64,000 nt of DNA from contig OY760175.1 of assembly GCA_963663165.1 (NCBI GenBank), positions 3,680,001-3,744,000 of the forward strand. The letters are read 5' to 3'. Positions 1 through 8,223 of the stretch are shown piece by piece; position 1 is the first letter of the stretch; each line of letters starts with the position of its first letter. The notes beneath the pieces were generated by a model. It did no database searches. It was not told the DNA's origin and saw only the letters and a list, made by a program, of their open reading frames with translations. The DNA comes from an uncultured Desulfospira sp. GTDB taxonomy: Bacteria; Desulfobacterota; Desulfobacteria; Desulfobacterales; Desulfobacteraceae. The position numbers were made by a program, and so were the translations under genes.

Positions 1-1757
1 CCGGCATTGGCCGTGAAGGTTGAATTTTCAATCACGGCGCTGCTGGTGCTGCCCTGGCCGGCCAGCCCAAAACCGAGGTTCTCCTGAAACCGGGCGTTTT
101 CTATTGTCGGGGCTGCATTTCCCAGATAAATCCCCGCATTGGTTCCACAGCCTGCGTATTCAACGGTAAAATGCCTCAGGACCGTCTGATCATCCACGGT
201 CTTGTCATGAAAACTGATCCCCTGCCAGTCTCCGGGGGCCGGGTTCTCACTGGCCGAGGTGAACAATACCGGGGCATCTGCCGTGCCATTGACCTTTAAT
301 GTGCCCAAATCGTAGCCGTAACCGATCTGCAGCCGAATATTGTCTTTAAATTTTACAATTGATCCCGCCTCTATGGTTAAAACGGCCGGGGTGCTGCTGT
401 TTTTGCAGACAGTCACGTTTCCGGCCACCACATAGGGCAGGCCGTCATTGGCATGCCAGGTGGATTTCCAGTTGACCGTCCCGGCATCTATCCGGATCCC
501 GTTGGACCCTTCTCCCGCATTGCCCGTCATATTTTCCAGGTTCACACCCGGGTGAAACCGCAGGCCGTATTCATCATTGCCGATAAAGGTGTTGTCCCGG
601 ATTACCGGGGAGGCATTATCCTGAAAATAGATCCCGGACCCGGCATTGGCCGTGAAGGTTGAATTTTCAATCACGGCGCTGCTGGTGCTGCCGTAGCCGG
701 ACAGTCCAAAACCGCGGTTCATCTGAAACAGACCATTTTTCAGTGTCGGGGCCGCGTTTTCCAGGTAAATACCCGCCTTTGTTTCAAAACCGGCGTATTC
801 AACGGTGAAGTGGCTCAGGACCGTATCCGCATCTACCGTCTTGTTCTGGAAATAAATCCCCCGCCAGTCTCCGGGGGCTGGGGTGTCACCGGCCGAGGTG
901 AACAACACCGGCGCTGCTGCCGTGCCATTGACCTTTAATGTACCCAAATCGTAACCGTAACCGATCTGAAGCCGGGTATTGCCTTCAAATTTTACAATTG
1001 ATCCGGCCTCTATGGTTAACACGGCCGGGGTGCTGCTGTCTTTGCAGACCGTCACGTTTCCGGTCACCACATAGGGCAGGCCGTCATTGGCATGCCAGGT
1101 GGATTTCCAGTTGACCGTTCCGGCATCTATCCGGATCCCGTTGGACCCTTCTCCCGCATTGCCCGTCATATTTTCCAGGTTCACACCCGGGTGAAACCGC
1201 AGGCCGTATTCATCATTGCCGATAAAGGTGTTGTCCCGGATTACCGGGGAGGAATTATCCTGAAAATAGATCCCGGACCCGGCATTATTCGTGAAGGTTG
1301 AATTTTCAATCACGGCGCTGCTGTTGCTGCCGTAGCCGTACAACCCAACGCCGCTGTTCTCCTGAAACAGACCATTGTTCAGTGTCGGGGCGGCATTTTC
1401 CAGGTAAATACCGGCATTTGTCCCGGAACCTGCGTATTCAACGGTGAAATGGTTCAGGACCGTCTTGGCATCTACGGTCTTGTCCTGGAAATAGACCCCC
1501 CCCCAGTCACCGGGGGCCGGGCTCTCACCGGCCGAAGTGAACAATACCGGGGCGTCTGCCGTGCCGTTGACTATCAGTATTCCCAAATTGTAACCGTGGC
1601 CGATCTGCAGGCGGACATTGCTGTTGAATTTTACGGTTACACCGGCCTCTATGGTCAGGGTCGCCGCATTGGAACTGTCTTTGTAAACATATACATTACC
1701 GGTGACAACATAGGGACTGTTGGCCGCGGTCCAGGTAGTGTCTCCGGCGATGTTCCC
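1..1757. repeat. Intragenic tandem repeat, 639-bp period (~2.7 copies visible)
   Basis: 453-662 is nearly identical to 1092-1301, and 1-52 matches 640-691; offset is 639 bp. Confidence 0.9.
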
Positions 1758-1871
1758 GGAAACCAGGGTGTCGGCGGCCAGGAACCCTGCCGATGCGATC
1801 AAAATCGTGGAAATCAGCCAAATTTTTATAAACAGCTCATAGATCCTGCGCGGTCCGTATTGGTCGGTCAT
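1..1871 (-). CDS. Large secreted right-handed beta-helix (pectin-lyase/NosD-like) repeat protein, 5' part only; runs off the window start
   Basis: Not in the ORF track. Manual translation from ATG at 1871 gives MTDQYGPRRIYELFIKIWLISTILIASAGFLAA (signal-like), then DTLVSGNIAGDTTWTAANSPYVVTGNV..TLTIEAGVTVKF..GTADAPVLFTS..PGDWGGVYF..IENSTFTNNAGSGIYF; 213-aa repeat units. Confidence 0.85.
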   Translation of the reverse strand, partial: MTDQYGPRRIYELFIKIWLISTILIASAGFLAADTLVSGNIAGDTTWTAANSPYVVTGNVYVYKDSSNAATLTIEAGVTVKFNSNVRLQIGHGYNLGILIVNGTADAPVLFTSAGESPAPGDWGGVYFQDKTVDAKTVLNHFTVEYAGSGTNAGIYLENAAPTLNNGLFQENSGVGLYGYGSNSSAVIENSTFTNNAGSGIYFQDNSSPVIRDNTFIGNDEYGLRFHPGVNLENMTGNAGEGSNGIRIDAGTVNWKSTWHANDGLPYVVTGNVTVCKDSSTPAVLTIEAGSIVKFEGNTRLQIGYGYDLGTLKVNGTAAAPVLFTSAGDTPAPGDWRGIYFQNKTVDADTVLSHFTVEYAGFETKAGIYLENAAPTLKNGLFQMNRGFGLSGYGSTSSAVIENSTFTANAGSGIYFQDNASPVIRDNTFIGNDEYGLRFHPGVNLENMTGNAGEGSNGIRIDAGTVNWKSTWHANDGLPYVVAGNVTVCKNSSTPAVLTIEAGSIVKFKDNIRLQIGYGYDLGTLKVNGTADAPVLFTSASENPAPGDWQGISFHDKTVDDQTVLRHFTVEYAGCGTNAGIYLGNAAPTIENARFQENLGFGLAGQGSTSSAVIENSTFTANA

Positions 1872-1940
1872 GTCTGGTTAGCTCCCGTTGCTTTCATTTG
1901 CCCGGTTCCCGGAAGGGGCTTTTGTTGTTGTTTTGAGTTT

Positions 1941-2831
1941 TCAAATCATCTTGACCTTTAAACCTGGCGGATAAATTTCAAACCGGGGATGATCATCAGA
2001 ATTTCCCGCAATTATCCTGAACGTGACATAATGGTTCGTACTTTCTAAAAACACCTTGTTGGCGGGATCCGCAGTCTGCCAGGTTCCGTTAAGGTAAACT
2101 TCCGCCCAGTTGTGATATCCGGCCGGTTTGAGCAATGCATTGTTTTGGATGATATATCCGGCCATGCACCGGGCAGGAATCCCATCCGCCCGGCACAGGG
2201 CCGAGAACAGATACATAAATTCCGTACAGTCACCCTTCTTTTGATCCAGCGCATAGAGTGCGCCCTGTTCTTTGCCGTCATATCCATCGTACCTGAGGCT
2301 GCTGCTTACCCATTCATAGATTCTTTTGGCTGTCCCGGACCTGTTGTCTGCGACAAACTCTGCCGCCTTTCTTTGAATCCGGTCATTATCGGATTCAAGA
2401 TATTTTTGGGCAGATAAAAATGGTGCGGGATCGGGAAGGCGGCATGAATTGGGGATTTCGGCCAGCTTCATATGGACCGTAACCGTGATGATCCGGGTAT
2501 CGTAAGGGGCGATCACCCCAAGGGGGAACTCAAGGACCTGGTTGTGAAGGGAATCTTCTACAGAAACAAATTCATGGGATGATTCTATCAGGGTACAGCT
2601 TTGGGACGGGGTCCTTTTTACCGGGGCATGGGCCTTGAGGAGCGCACCGGTAACCACGGTCCCTCTTGGATTTTCAATGGAAAACCGGTACTGAATCTGC
2701 CTTGAGACAGGATAAACCGCCGTCCCTTCTCTATGGGAAACAGCGGCCGGGCCGCGGCTGAAATAAAAGAAAGCGGCACCCGCTACAACCATACCACATA
2801 TGATAAAGACAAGAACACGTTTAAGGTCCAT
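1941..2831 (-). CDS. Membrane-anchored transglutaminase-like superfamily protein
   Basis: N-terminal TM helix; Cys-His-Asp triad motifs GDCTEF, HNWAEV, ADP. Confidence 0.85.
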   Translation of the reverse strand: MDLKRVLVFIICGMVVAGAAFFYFSRGPAAVSHREGTAVYPVSRQIQYRFSIENPRGTVVTGALLKAHAPVKRTPSQSCTLIESSHEFVSVEDSLHNQVLEFPLGVIAPYDTRIITVTVHMKLAEIPNSCRLPDPAPFLSAQKYLESDNDRIQRKAAEFVADNRSGTAKRIYEWVSSSLRYDGYDGKEQGALYALDQKKGDCTEFMYLFSALCRADGIPARCMAGYIIQNNALLKPAGYHNWAEVYLNGTWQTADPANKVFLESTNHYVTFRIIAGNSDDHPRFEIYPPGLKVKMI

Positions 2832-3182
2832 AAACCGCTCAGTTCATCGCTCCGGCAGAGGCATCAGGGCACAATGGATCCGCTCCGGTCAAATTCAGCC
2901 GATTATGTTTAATTCACAAATGCTTTCGATTATTATGCATTTTTCAGACCGTTTTAAACGAACCAACAAATTTTATTAAAAAAATATTAAAACATATTGA
3001 ATTTCAAAACAATTATCATCTCTACGGCACATCCGGCTTTCAGGACAAAACGCATTCTTGATTCTGAATTGTGAAAAAAAATTTACAAATTAGGTAAAAC
3101 TTTTCACAAAATACAGAACCCGGGAGCCACGAAACGGCATATACGGTATTGCCGGCAAGGGCAACATTAATCAGGACCCCTG

Positions 3183-3386
3183 TTGGCGGTCCAGACGGTT
3201 CGAAAAATATCCAGCGGAAACAGCGATGATGATTTCCCTTTGCAGGCGTCTTCCCCATACATCGATGCCGGGGACAACAACGCTGTGCCGCTGGATGAAA
3301 ACGACATAGACGATAATGGCGATACGGATGAGCCCGTCCCCTTTGACCTGAGTGGCGGTGTCCGGTTCTTAAAGGAAATTGAAAAT
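3183..3386 (+). pseudogene. Fragment of a surface-protein C-terminal module (choice-of-anchor Q-like), cut by a MITE
   Basis: DDFPLQASSPYIDAGDNNAVP..DDNGDTDEPVPFDLSGGVRF resembles the DxxLxxxSPxIDAG..DLDGxPR motif; no N-terminus; similarity stops just before the element starting at 3387. Confidence 0.55.
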
Positions 3387-3776
3387 GTAACTGTTCAGCA
3401 GTGCCCCACCTTCGCTCATTCAGGCCTTCTCACATAGCAACAGTATGCTACGAAGCCCTGACTAACGGCCACGGGCCGATTGGATTGTTAATCCGATTCG
3501 GCCCACAACAAATAATGAAACTGAAGATACCGGCAACGGCAGGCTATAAATTGGGCGCCGCAGGTGCTTCGCCCTCTTGTCTCTTGTTTCTTGTCTCCAG
3601 TTTCTTATAAACAGCCACGGGCTGATTTGGTTATCCAACCAAGATCCGCCCACAACAAATATTGAAAGTCTTTACGGGTAGTTAGTCAGACTTTCATATA
3701 AAAACAAATATGAAGCACTGATGAACAGTTACGGACCCTGGTTTTGCTTAGTTTTCAGCATTAGCTGAAGAGTTAC
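3387..3776. mobile_element. Non-autonomous MITE with IS66-like (GTAA) ends, 390 bp
   Basis: Left end GTAACTGTTCAGC; right end 3764-3776 revcomp GTAACTCTTCAGC; perfect 8-bp TSD TTGAAAAT at 3379-3386 and 3777-3784; extra internal right end at 3715-3732. Confidence 0.8.
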
Positions 3777-3784
3777 TTGAAAAT

Positions 3785-4336
3785 TTAGTATTTCCCCTGG
3801 CTGAATGTTACCGTGGCTTTTTCCCCGTTTTCCAATTCAAAGGTAATGTCCGTGAAATACATATGGCCGCCGCCGGCGAAACAAGAGGAGGGCGCCAGAT
3901 AAGCCCCCCGGGAAAAGCTTTTAGCGGTATGCGTGCAGATGACTTTCACACCTTCAGGCAGATCCATGGTTTCACTTGGTATTTCCGGTGAAATGAAAAC
4001 TTCCTTTTCAGGATCAAACAGATATTTCCATTTGCCGTGATGCCCTGAAGGCCAGTCTACATCATAGGCTGACATTTTAATACCGACCACTTTGCTTTGA
4101 AAATGCCTGCCCAATCCGGCAAGATCAAAGGTAAATGAGGGGAAATGCGGATCTTTCCCCCCGCATTTTTTGCCCTGCTCCCCGTCAGGCACTTTTTTGC
4201 CGTCCCACCGGGCATCATTGACCTTCACAAGCGGACCTGCACTGTTCAAATCTGCCATTTCCACCTTTTTGGCCGATACGCATCCCATCGTAAAAACAAC
4301 CAGACAGGCAATGGCCGCAAATGTCATTTTTTTCAT
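3785..4336 (-). CDS. Lipoprotein, possibly distant YbhB/YbcL (PEBP-like) family
   Basis: Lipobox-like signal (..VFTMG-C); AYDVDWP..HG and YLAP..GGHMY loosely resemble PEBP motifs; GGAGG RBS. Confidence 0.6.
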   Translation of the reverse strand: MKKMTFAAIACLVVFTMGCVSAKKVEMADLNSAGPLVKVNDARWDGKKVPDGEQGKKCGGKDPHFPSFTFDLAGLGRHFQSKVVGIKMSAYDVDWPSGHHGKWKYLFDPEKEVFISPEIPSETMDLPEGVKVICTHTAKSFSRGAYLAPSSCFAGGGHMYFTDITFELENGEKATVTFSQGKY

Positions 4337-4544
4337 GATTCAATGCCTCCTTTTCATCAGATTAAAAATTTCATACCAGCAATTCCCGGCGAAAGACAAC
4401 ACGCTAATTTTTTACAGATATTACCCTGAAACACACTTTTATTTCAACGGCTCCCGTTGAATTTAAGCAGAATTTCCTATGAATACTTAATTTTATAAAT
4501 TCGTGTTAGATTACTGCATTCAAGCCGGGCTGACAACCGGACGA

Positions 4545-5261
4545 TTACCCCCAGGGCCGTTTCAGAATAGACCAGGCATAGCCCACAAGGGTGGTGATAT
4601 CAAACACGGGCAGGCCGCCGGCGGCACGTCTGACCGCATTGGCATAGGGGGGAAGGTTGGTACATTCCAGGACAATGGCCCCCACATCGGGATGGTCCTG
4701 CATCAGCCTGGCGGTCACCGCCGCCACTTCTTTTTTGCATTGCGCCTGGTCCAGGTGTTGTTTTCCATGGATAAATACTGAGCTAAATTCTCTGGAATCG
4801 TCCATACCGGCAATGGCCAGGGGATAATGTTCAATGCCCACGGCCGCCAGGTGATGGGCTGTCAGACTGGCTTTACGGGCCGTGATAATTCCCACCTTGC
4901 GGTCTTTGCCAATCACCGACGCGGCCATGGGAACCTGGAGCAGGCTTGATGAGAACACCGGCACATCAAGGGAGTGGGAAAGTTCTCTTTGGAACAGGGC
5001 CAGAAAGCCGCAGGAGGTTGAAATGGCCCCGGCCCCTTCCCTGACCAGTTCCTGGCCGGCCCGGATAAACGGCTTGATCAGGGTCCGGTCCGGGTTGAGA
5101 ACAATACGGTCCACACCGGCGCCCGCCACGGTTTTGTACCGAACCGGGAACCCAAAGGTGTCCGGGTTGCCCACGTCCCCGGGAATCCGGGGAAACACCG
5201 TGTCCAGCATGATAATCCCGACAAACGGTGAACCAGGGAGGGGGGCATCATTTTTCACCAT
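4545..5261 (-). CDS. Aspartate/glutamate/hydantoin racemase family protein
   Basis: FPRIPGDVGNPDTF; two catalytic-Cys motifs TSCGFL and LECTNLPPY. Confidence 0.85.
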   Translation of the reverse strand: MVKNDAPLPGSPFVGIIMLDTVFPRIPGDVGNPDTFGFPVRYKTVAGAGVDRIVLNPDRTLIKPFIRAGQELVREGAGAISTSCGFLALFQRELSHSLDVPVFSSSLLQVPMAASVIGKDRKVGIITARKASLTAHHLAAVGIEHYPLAIAGMDDSREFSSVFIHGKQHLDQAQCKKEVAAVTARLMQDHPDVGAIVLECTNLPPYANAVRRAAGGLPVFDITTLVGYAWSILKRPWG

Positions 5262-5264
5262 GTT

Positions 5265-6704
5265 CTACCCCCTGCCGTCACTTGCCTCAGGTTCCAGAAA
5301 AGCCGCTACACTCAAATTCTTCACCGGAATACGGCAACGGGCCATTCCTATATCTGCCGGCGCACGGCCGGTCAACGCGCAGACAATATCCTGAATGATC
5401 CGGCCGCAGGTTCTGCCCTGGCAGGCCCCCATACCGGCCCGGGTAAGCTTTTTAATGCCGTCCGGGGTGTTAAAGCCCTGGGCCACGGCCCGGCGGATCT
5501 CTCCCATGGAGATGTTTTCACAACGGCAGATCAGGACATCGTCCTCAATTTGTGTCCAGGCGGTTTCCGGCACCCGGCACAGCCGGTTGAAAAATACGGC
5601 ATACTCCCGTTGTGCCCGGATACCAGCCTGTAGCTGTTCTATCCTTTGTGTAAAGCCCTTGATCTTTAGTTTTGAGCCGGAAAGCCGCTGGAGAACCGCC
5701 AGGGCTGAAAGTTCCCCTTCAAGCAGAGATTTTTTGGCCCCGGCAATGCCGGTCAACTCCCCGGCAGCAAACACCGTGGCAAGGGAGGACTCGCACCGGT
5801 CGTCAACATCGACCTTCCAGCCGCCCTGTCCGGCATCATAGCAGATCCGGCAGCCGGCCTGGGCGGCCAGTTCCAGGTTGGGAACAAAGCCGTACCCGCA
5901 GGCCATGGCATCGGCAGCCACGGTTTTCGCTGTGCCCGGAATCACCCGGCCCGCCCGGTCGGTCCTGGCAATCACCGCGGTATCAACCCCCGTGCCGCCC
6001 CGGGCCTCTATTACCCGCCATCCCCGGTAAACCGGGACACCATGGCGAATCAGGCTGGCCAGATAGGCCCCGCCTTCAACCAGTTTGGGCCAATGTTTAA
6101 ACGCCAGGGGAAAAAATGCGGCCTGGTCTGCCAGCCGGTTTTCATCGGCCAGGCCGGCCACCTGTCCGCCATTTTTGAGAAGTCCCCAGGACAGGGCCAT
6201 CATCAAAGGGCTGGTTCCGGCAACAACGGTTCTGGCGCCGGGCAGCACACCATGGCTTTTCATGAGGATCTGGGCCGCCCCCAGGGACATGACACCGGGC
6301 AGGGTCCAGCCCCTGAAGGGCAGAAAGGTCTCCCGGGCACCGGTGGCCAGGATCAGGGCCTGGGCCCGGACTTCGGCCAGATGGGAAATCCCCGGACGGT
6401 CCGGGTCCGTTACATTGAGCAGGAGGCAGTTGTCCGGATAGATGCCCGCTACCTGGGTATGAAATGACCAGTCAATGTCCCGGTGACGGTCCAGGCTGTC
6501 CACCAAGCCAAACCCTGTTGATTTTAACAGGTCAGGTTCCCTTCCGGGTTTTTGCGCCGCGGGCATCCGCCGGAGCAGCTGCCCGCCCCGGTGCCTGTTT
6601 TCCTCGACCACAAGAATGGAAAGCCCCTGGCCGGCCAGGGTCCGGGCCGCAGAAAGGCCGGCCAGGCCGGCCCCCGCAATCACCACATGGTATGCCGGTT
6701 TCAT
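5265..6704 (-). CDS. FAD/NAD(P)-dependent oxidoreductase with C-terminal BFD-like [2Fe-2S] domain (HcnB/OoxA-like subunit)
   Basis: GAGLAG Rossmann motif, LATGARE, ICRCE...GMGACQGRTC; probable start MKPAYHV at 6704 overlapping the upstream stop (ATGA). Confidence 0.85.
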   Translation of the reverse strand: MKPAYHVVIAGAGLAGLSAARTLAGQGLSILVVEENRHRGGQLLRRMPAAQKPGREPDLLKSTGFGLVDSLDRHRDIDWSFHTQVAGIYPDNCLLLNVTDPDRPGISHLAEVRAQALILATGARETFLPFRGWTLPGVMSLGAAQILMKSHGVLPGARTVVAGTSPLMMALSWGLLKNGGQVAGLADENRLADQAAFFPLAFKHWPKLVEGGAYLASLIRHGVPVYRGWRVIEARGGTGVDTAVIARTDRAGRVIPGTAKTVAADAMACGYGFVPNLELAAQAGCRICYDAGQGGWKVDVDDRCESSLATVFAAGELTGIAGAKKSLLEGELSALAVLQRLSGSKLKIKGFTQRIEQLQAGIRAQREYAVFFNRLCRVPETAWTQIEDDVLICRCENISMGEIRRAVAQGFNTPDGIKKLTRAGMGACQGRTCGRIIQDIVCALTGRAPADIGMARCRIPVKNLSVAAFLEPEASDGRG

Positions 6705-7015
6705 GGGCGCGTCTCCTTTGGCCCTTTTGAAAATGAAACCGCCATACCGTCTTTGACACGGGTCATGCAGGCGCGCTGGTCCGGGACCCCGTCCACGGTG
6801 ACCAGGCACTCGTAGCAGACCCCCATGCCGCAAAAAATCCCCCGCCCGGGATTTTCGCCGTCCTGCCTGAATACCCGGATGCCTGCGGCGGTCAGGGCTG
6901 CATGGATGGTTTCGCCCTCAAAGGCATCCACGGGCTGTCCGTTAAACGTGATGGTGACCGGTTTTCCCCTGTGTACCCCCGGGATTCTCAAATCTGTTTT
7001 GCCCTGGTCTGTCAT
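6701..7015 (-). CDS. 2Fe-2S small subunit (HcnA/sarcosine oxidase alpha N-terminal-like)
   Basis: AFEGETIHAAL, RGIFCGMGVCYECLVTVDG..RAC. Confidence 0.9.
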   Translation of the reverse strand: MTDQGKTDLRIPGVHRGKPVTITFNGQPVDAFEGETIHAALTAAGIRVFRQDGENPGRGIFCGMGVCYECLVTVDGVPDQRACMTRVKDGMAVSFSKGPKETRP

Positions 7016-8223
7016 GCCTGGTTTTCTCCTGGTTCCATAGATGGTTCCATAGATGGTTCCATAAATGGTTCCATAAAACGGCCGGGTGAAAACGCCGACA
7101 GGTCCACATCCAGATCCCGGCCCAGAATCATGCGGGCCATCAGGTGGCCGGTGACCGGGGCCAGGGCAATGCCGTCACCTTCATGGCCGGCAGCCATATA
7201 AAAATTATTCAGTCCCCTGACAGGTCCCAGGATGGGCAGCCCGTCCGGGGTATAGGGCCTCAGTCCCGCAAAGGTCCGGATCACCTGGAACTGCCCAAGC
7301 ACCGGAACCAGGGCTGCGGTCTGCCGTAAAATTTTTTTCATCCCGTCCATGGTGGTGGTCTTGTCAAAGCCTGCAAACTCCCGGGTGGAGCCCAGCAGCA
7401 AATTGCCGTTTTCCGTCTGCTCCATGGAAATTCCCTGGCCTGCGGAAGCCGCCAGGGCCGGATCAAACTTGGCGGCGATATAGCTGGCTGACAGCAGGCA
7501 ATGGTTCAGCACCCGCCGGTCTGCCCGGGTCACCACAATCTGGCCCCGCCGGGGCGTGACGGGCATAGACACCCCGGCAAGTTCCCCTGTCCGGCCGGCC
7601 AGGGCGCCGCAGGCATTGACCGTTACATCCGCATAAACAGGCCCCTTATTGGTCTCAACCCCGGTCACGGTGGAATGTTTCCGGCAAAACCCGGTCACCC
7701 GGGTCTGGGTTAAAATGGTGGCACCAAGCTGTTTTGCCCCCAGGACAAGGCTCAAGGTCAGGCGGATGGGATTGACCTGGGCGTCCAGGGGGGAAAAGGC
7801 CGCCCCGGTGATACCAGGGGACAGAAACGGCTCTTTTTCCAGGGTCTGTTCCCGGTCCAGAAGACAGACATCCAGTCCGATCTGTTTCTGGGCCTTTACA
7901 TACTTTTCCATGGCCTGGTACTGGGCCTTAGTTTCAATAATCACCAGACCGCCGGTCTGTCTGAACTCTATGTCAATGGGCAGCTGTTCTTTAAGCGTCT
8001 TGTAAAGGGCCAGGCTTTTGAGCCCCAAAGACAGATGGACCCCCGGCTTTTTGGATTGCATGAACACCAGCCCGTCACAGGCGCCGGAGCTGCCTGAGGC
8101 CAGATCCCCCTGCTCAATTAAGGTGACCGCCGCCCCTTTTTGGGAAAGGTGAAAGGCAATGGACGCACCAATCACACCGCCGCCCACCACAGCGACACTG
8201 GGCATGGCGTTTGTCATGGTCAT
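7012..8223 (-). CDS. FAD-dependent D-amino-acid oxidase/dehydrogenase family subunit (HcnC/OoxB/DadA-like)
   Basis: VVGGGVIG, GLRPYTPDGLPILG, GHEGDGI; probable start at 8223 coupled to the TRAP gene stop. Confidence 0.85.
   Translation of the reverse strand: MTMTNAMPSVAVVGGGVIGASIAFHLSQKGAAVTLIEQGDLASGSSGACDGLVFMQSKKPGVHLSLGLKSLALYKTLKEQLPIDIEFRQTGGLVIIETKAQYQAMEKYVKAQKQIGLDVCLLDREQTLEKEPFLSPGITGAAFSPLDAQVNPIRLTLSLVLGAKQLGATILTQTRVTGFCRKHSTVTGVETNKGPVYADVTVNACGALAGRTGELAGVSMPVTPRRGQIVVTRADRRVLNHCLLSASYIAAKFDPALAASAGQGISMEQTENGNLLLGSTREFAGFDKTTTMDGMKKILRQTAALVPVLGQFQVIRTFAGLRPYTPDGLPILGPVRGLNNFYMAAGHEGDGIALAPVTGHLMARMILGRDLDVDLSAFSPGRFMEPFMEPSMEPSMEPGENQA
7031..7078. repeat. 12-bp tandem repeat x4 (GGTTCCATARAW) encoding MEP(F/S/G) repeats at the oxidase C-terminus
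   Basis: ggttccatagat ggttccatagat ggttccataaat ggttccataaaa. Confidence 0.9.

Noticed and set aside
453..1961. Plus-strand ORFs 453-662, 1092-1301 and 1449-1961
   Set aside because: Antisense to the beta-helix gene; their mutual similarity just reflects its repeats.
5265..8223. Calling the oxidase trio hydrogen cyanide synthase (hcnABC)
   Set aside because: The same families include opine and amino-acid dehydrogenases; the importer and racemase context points to catabolism.
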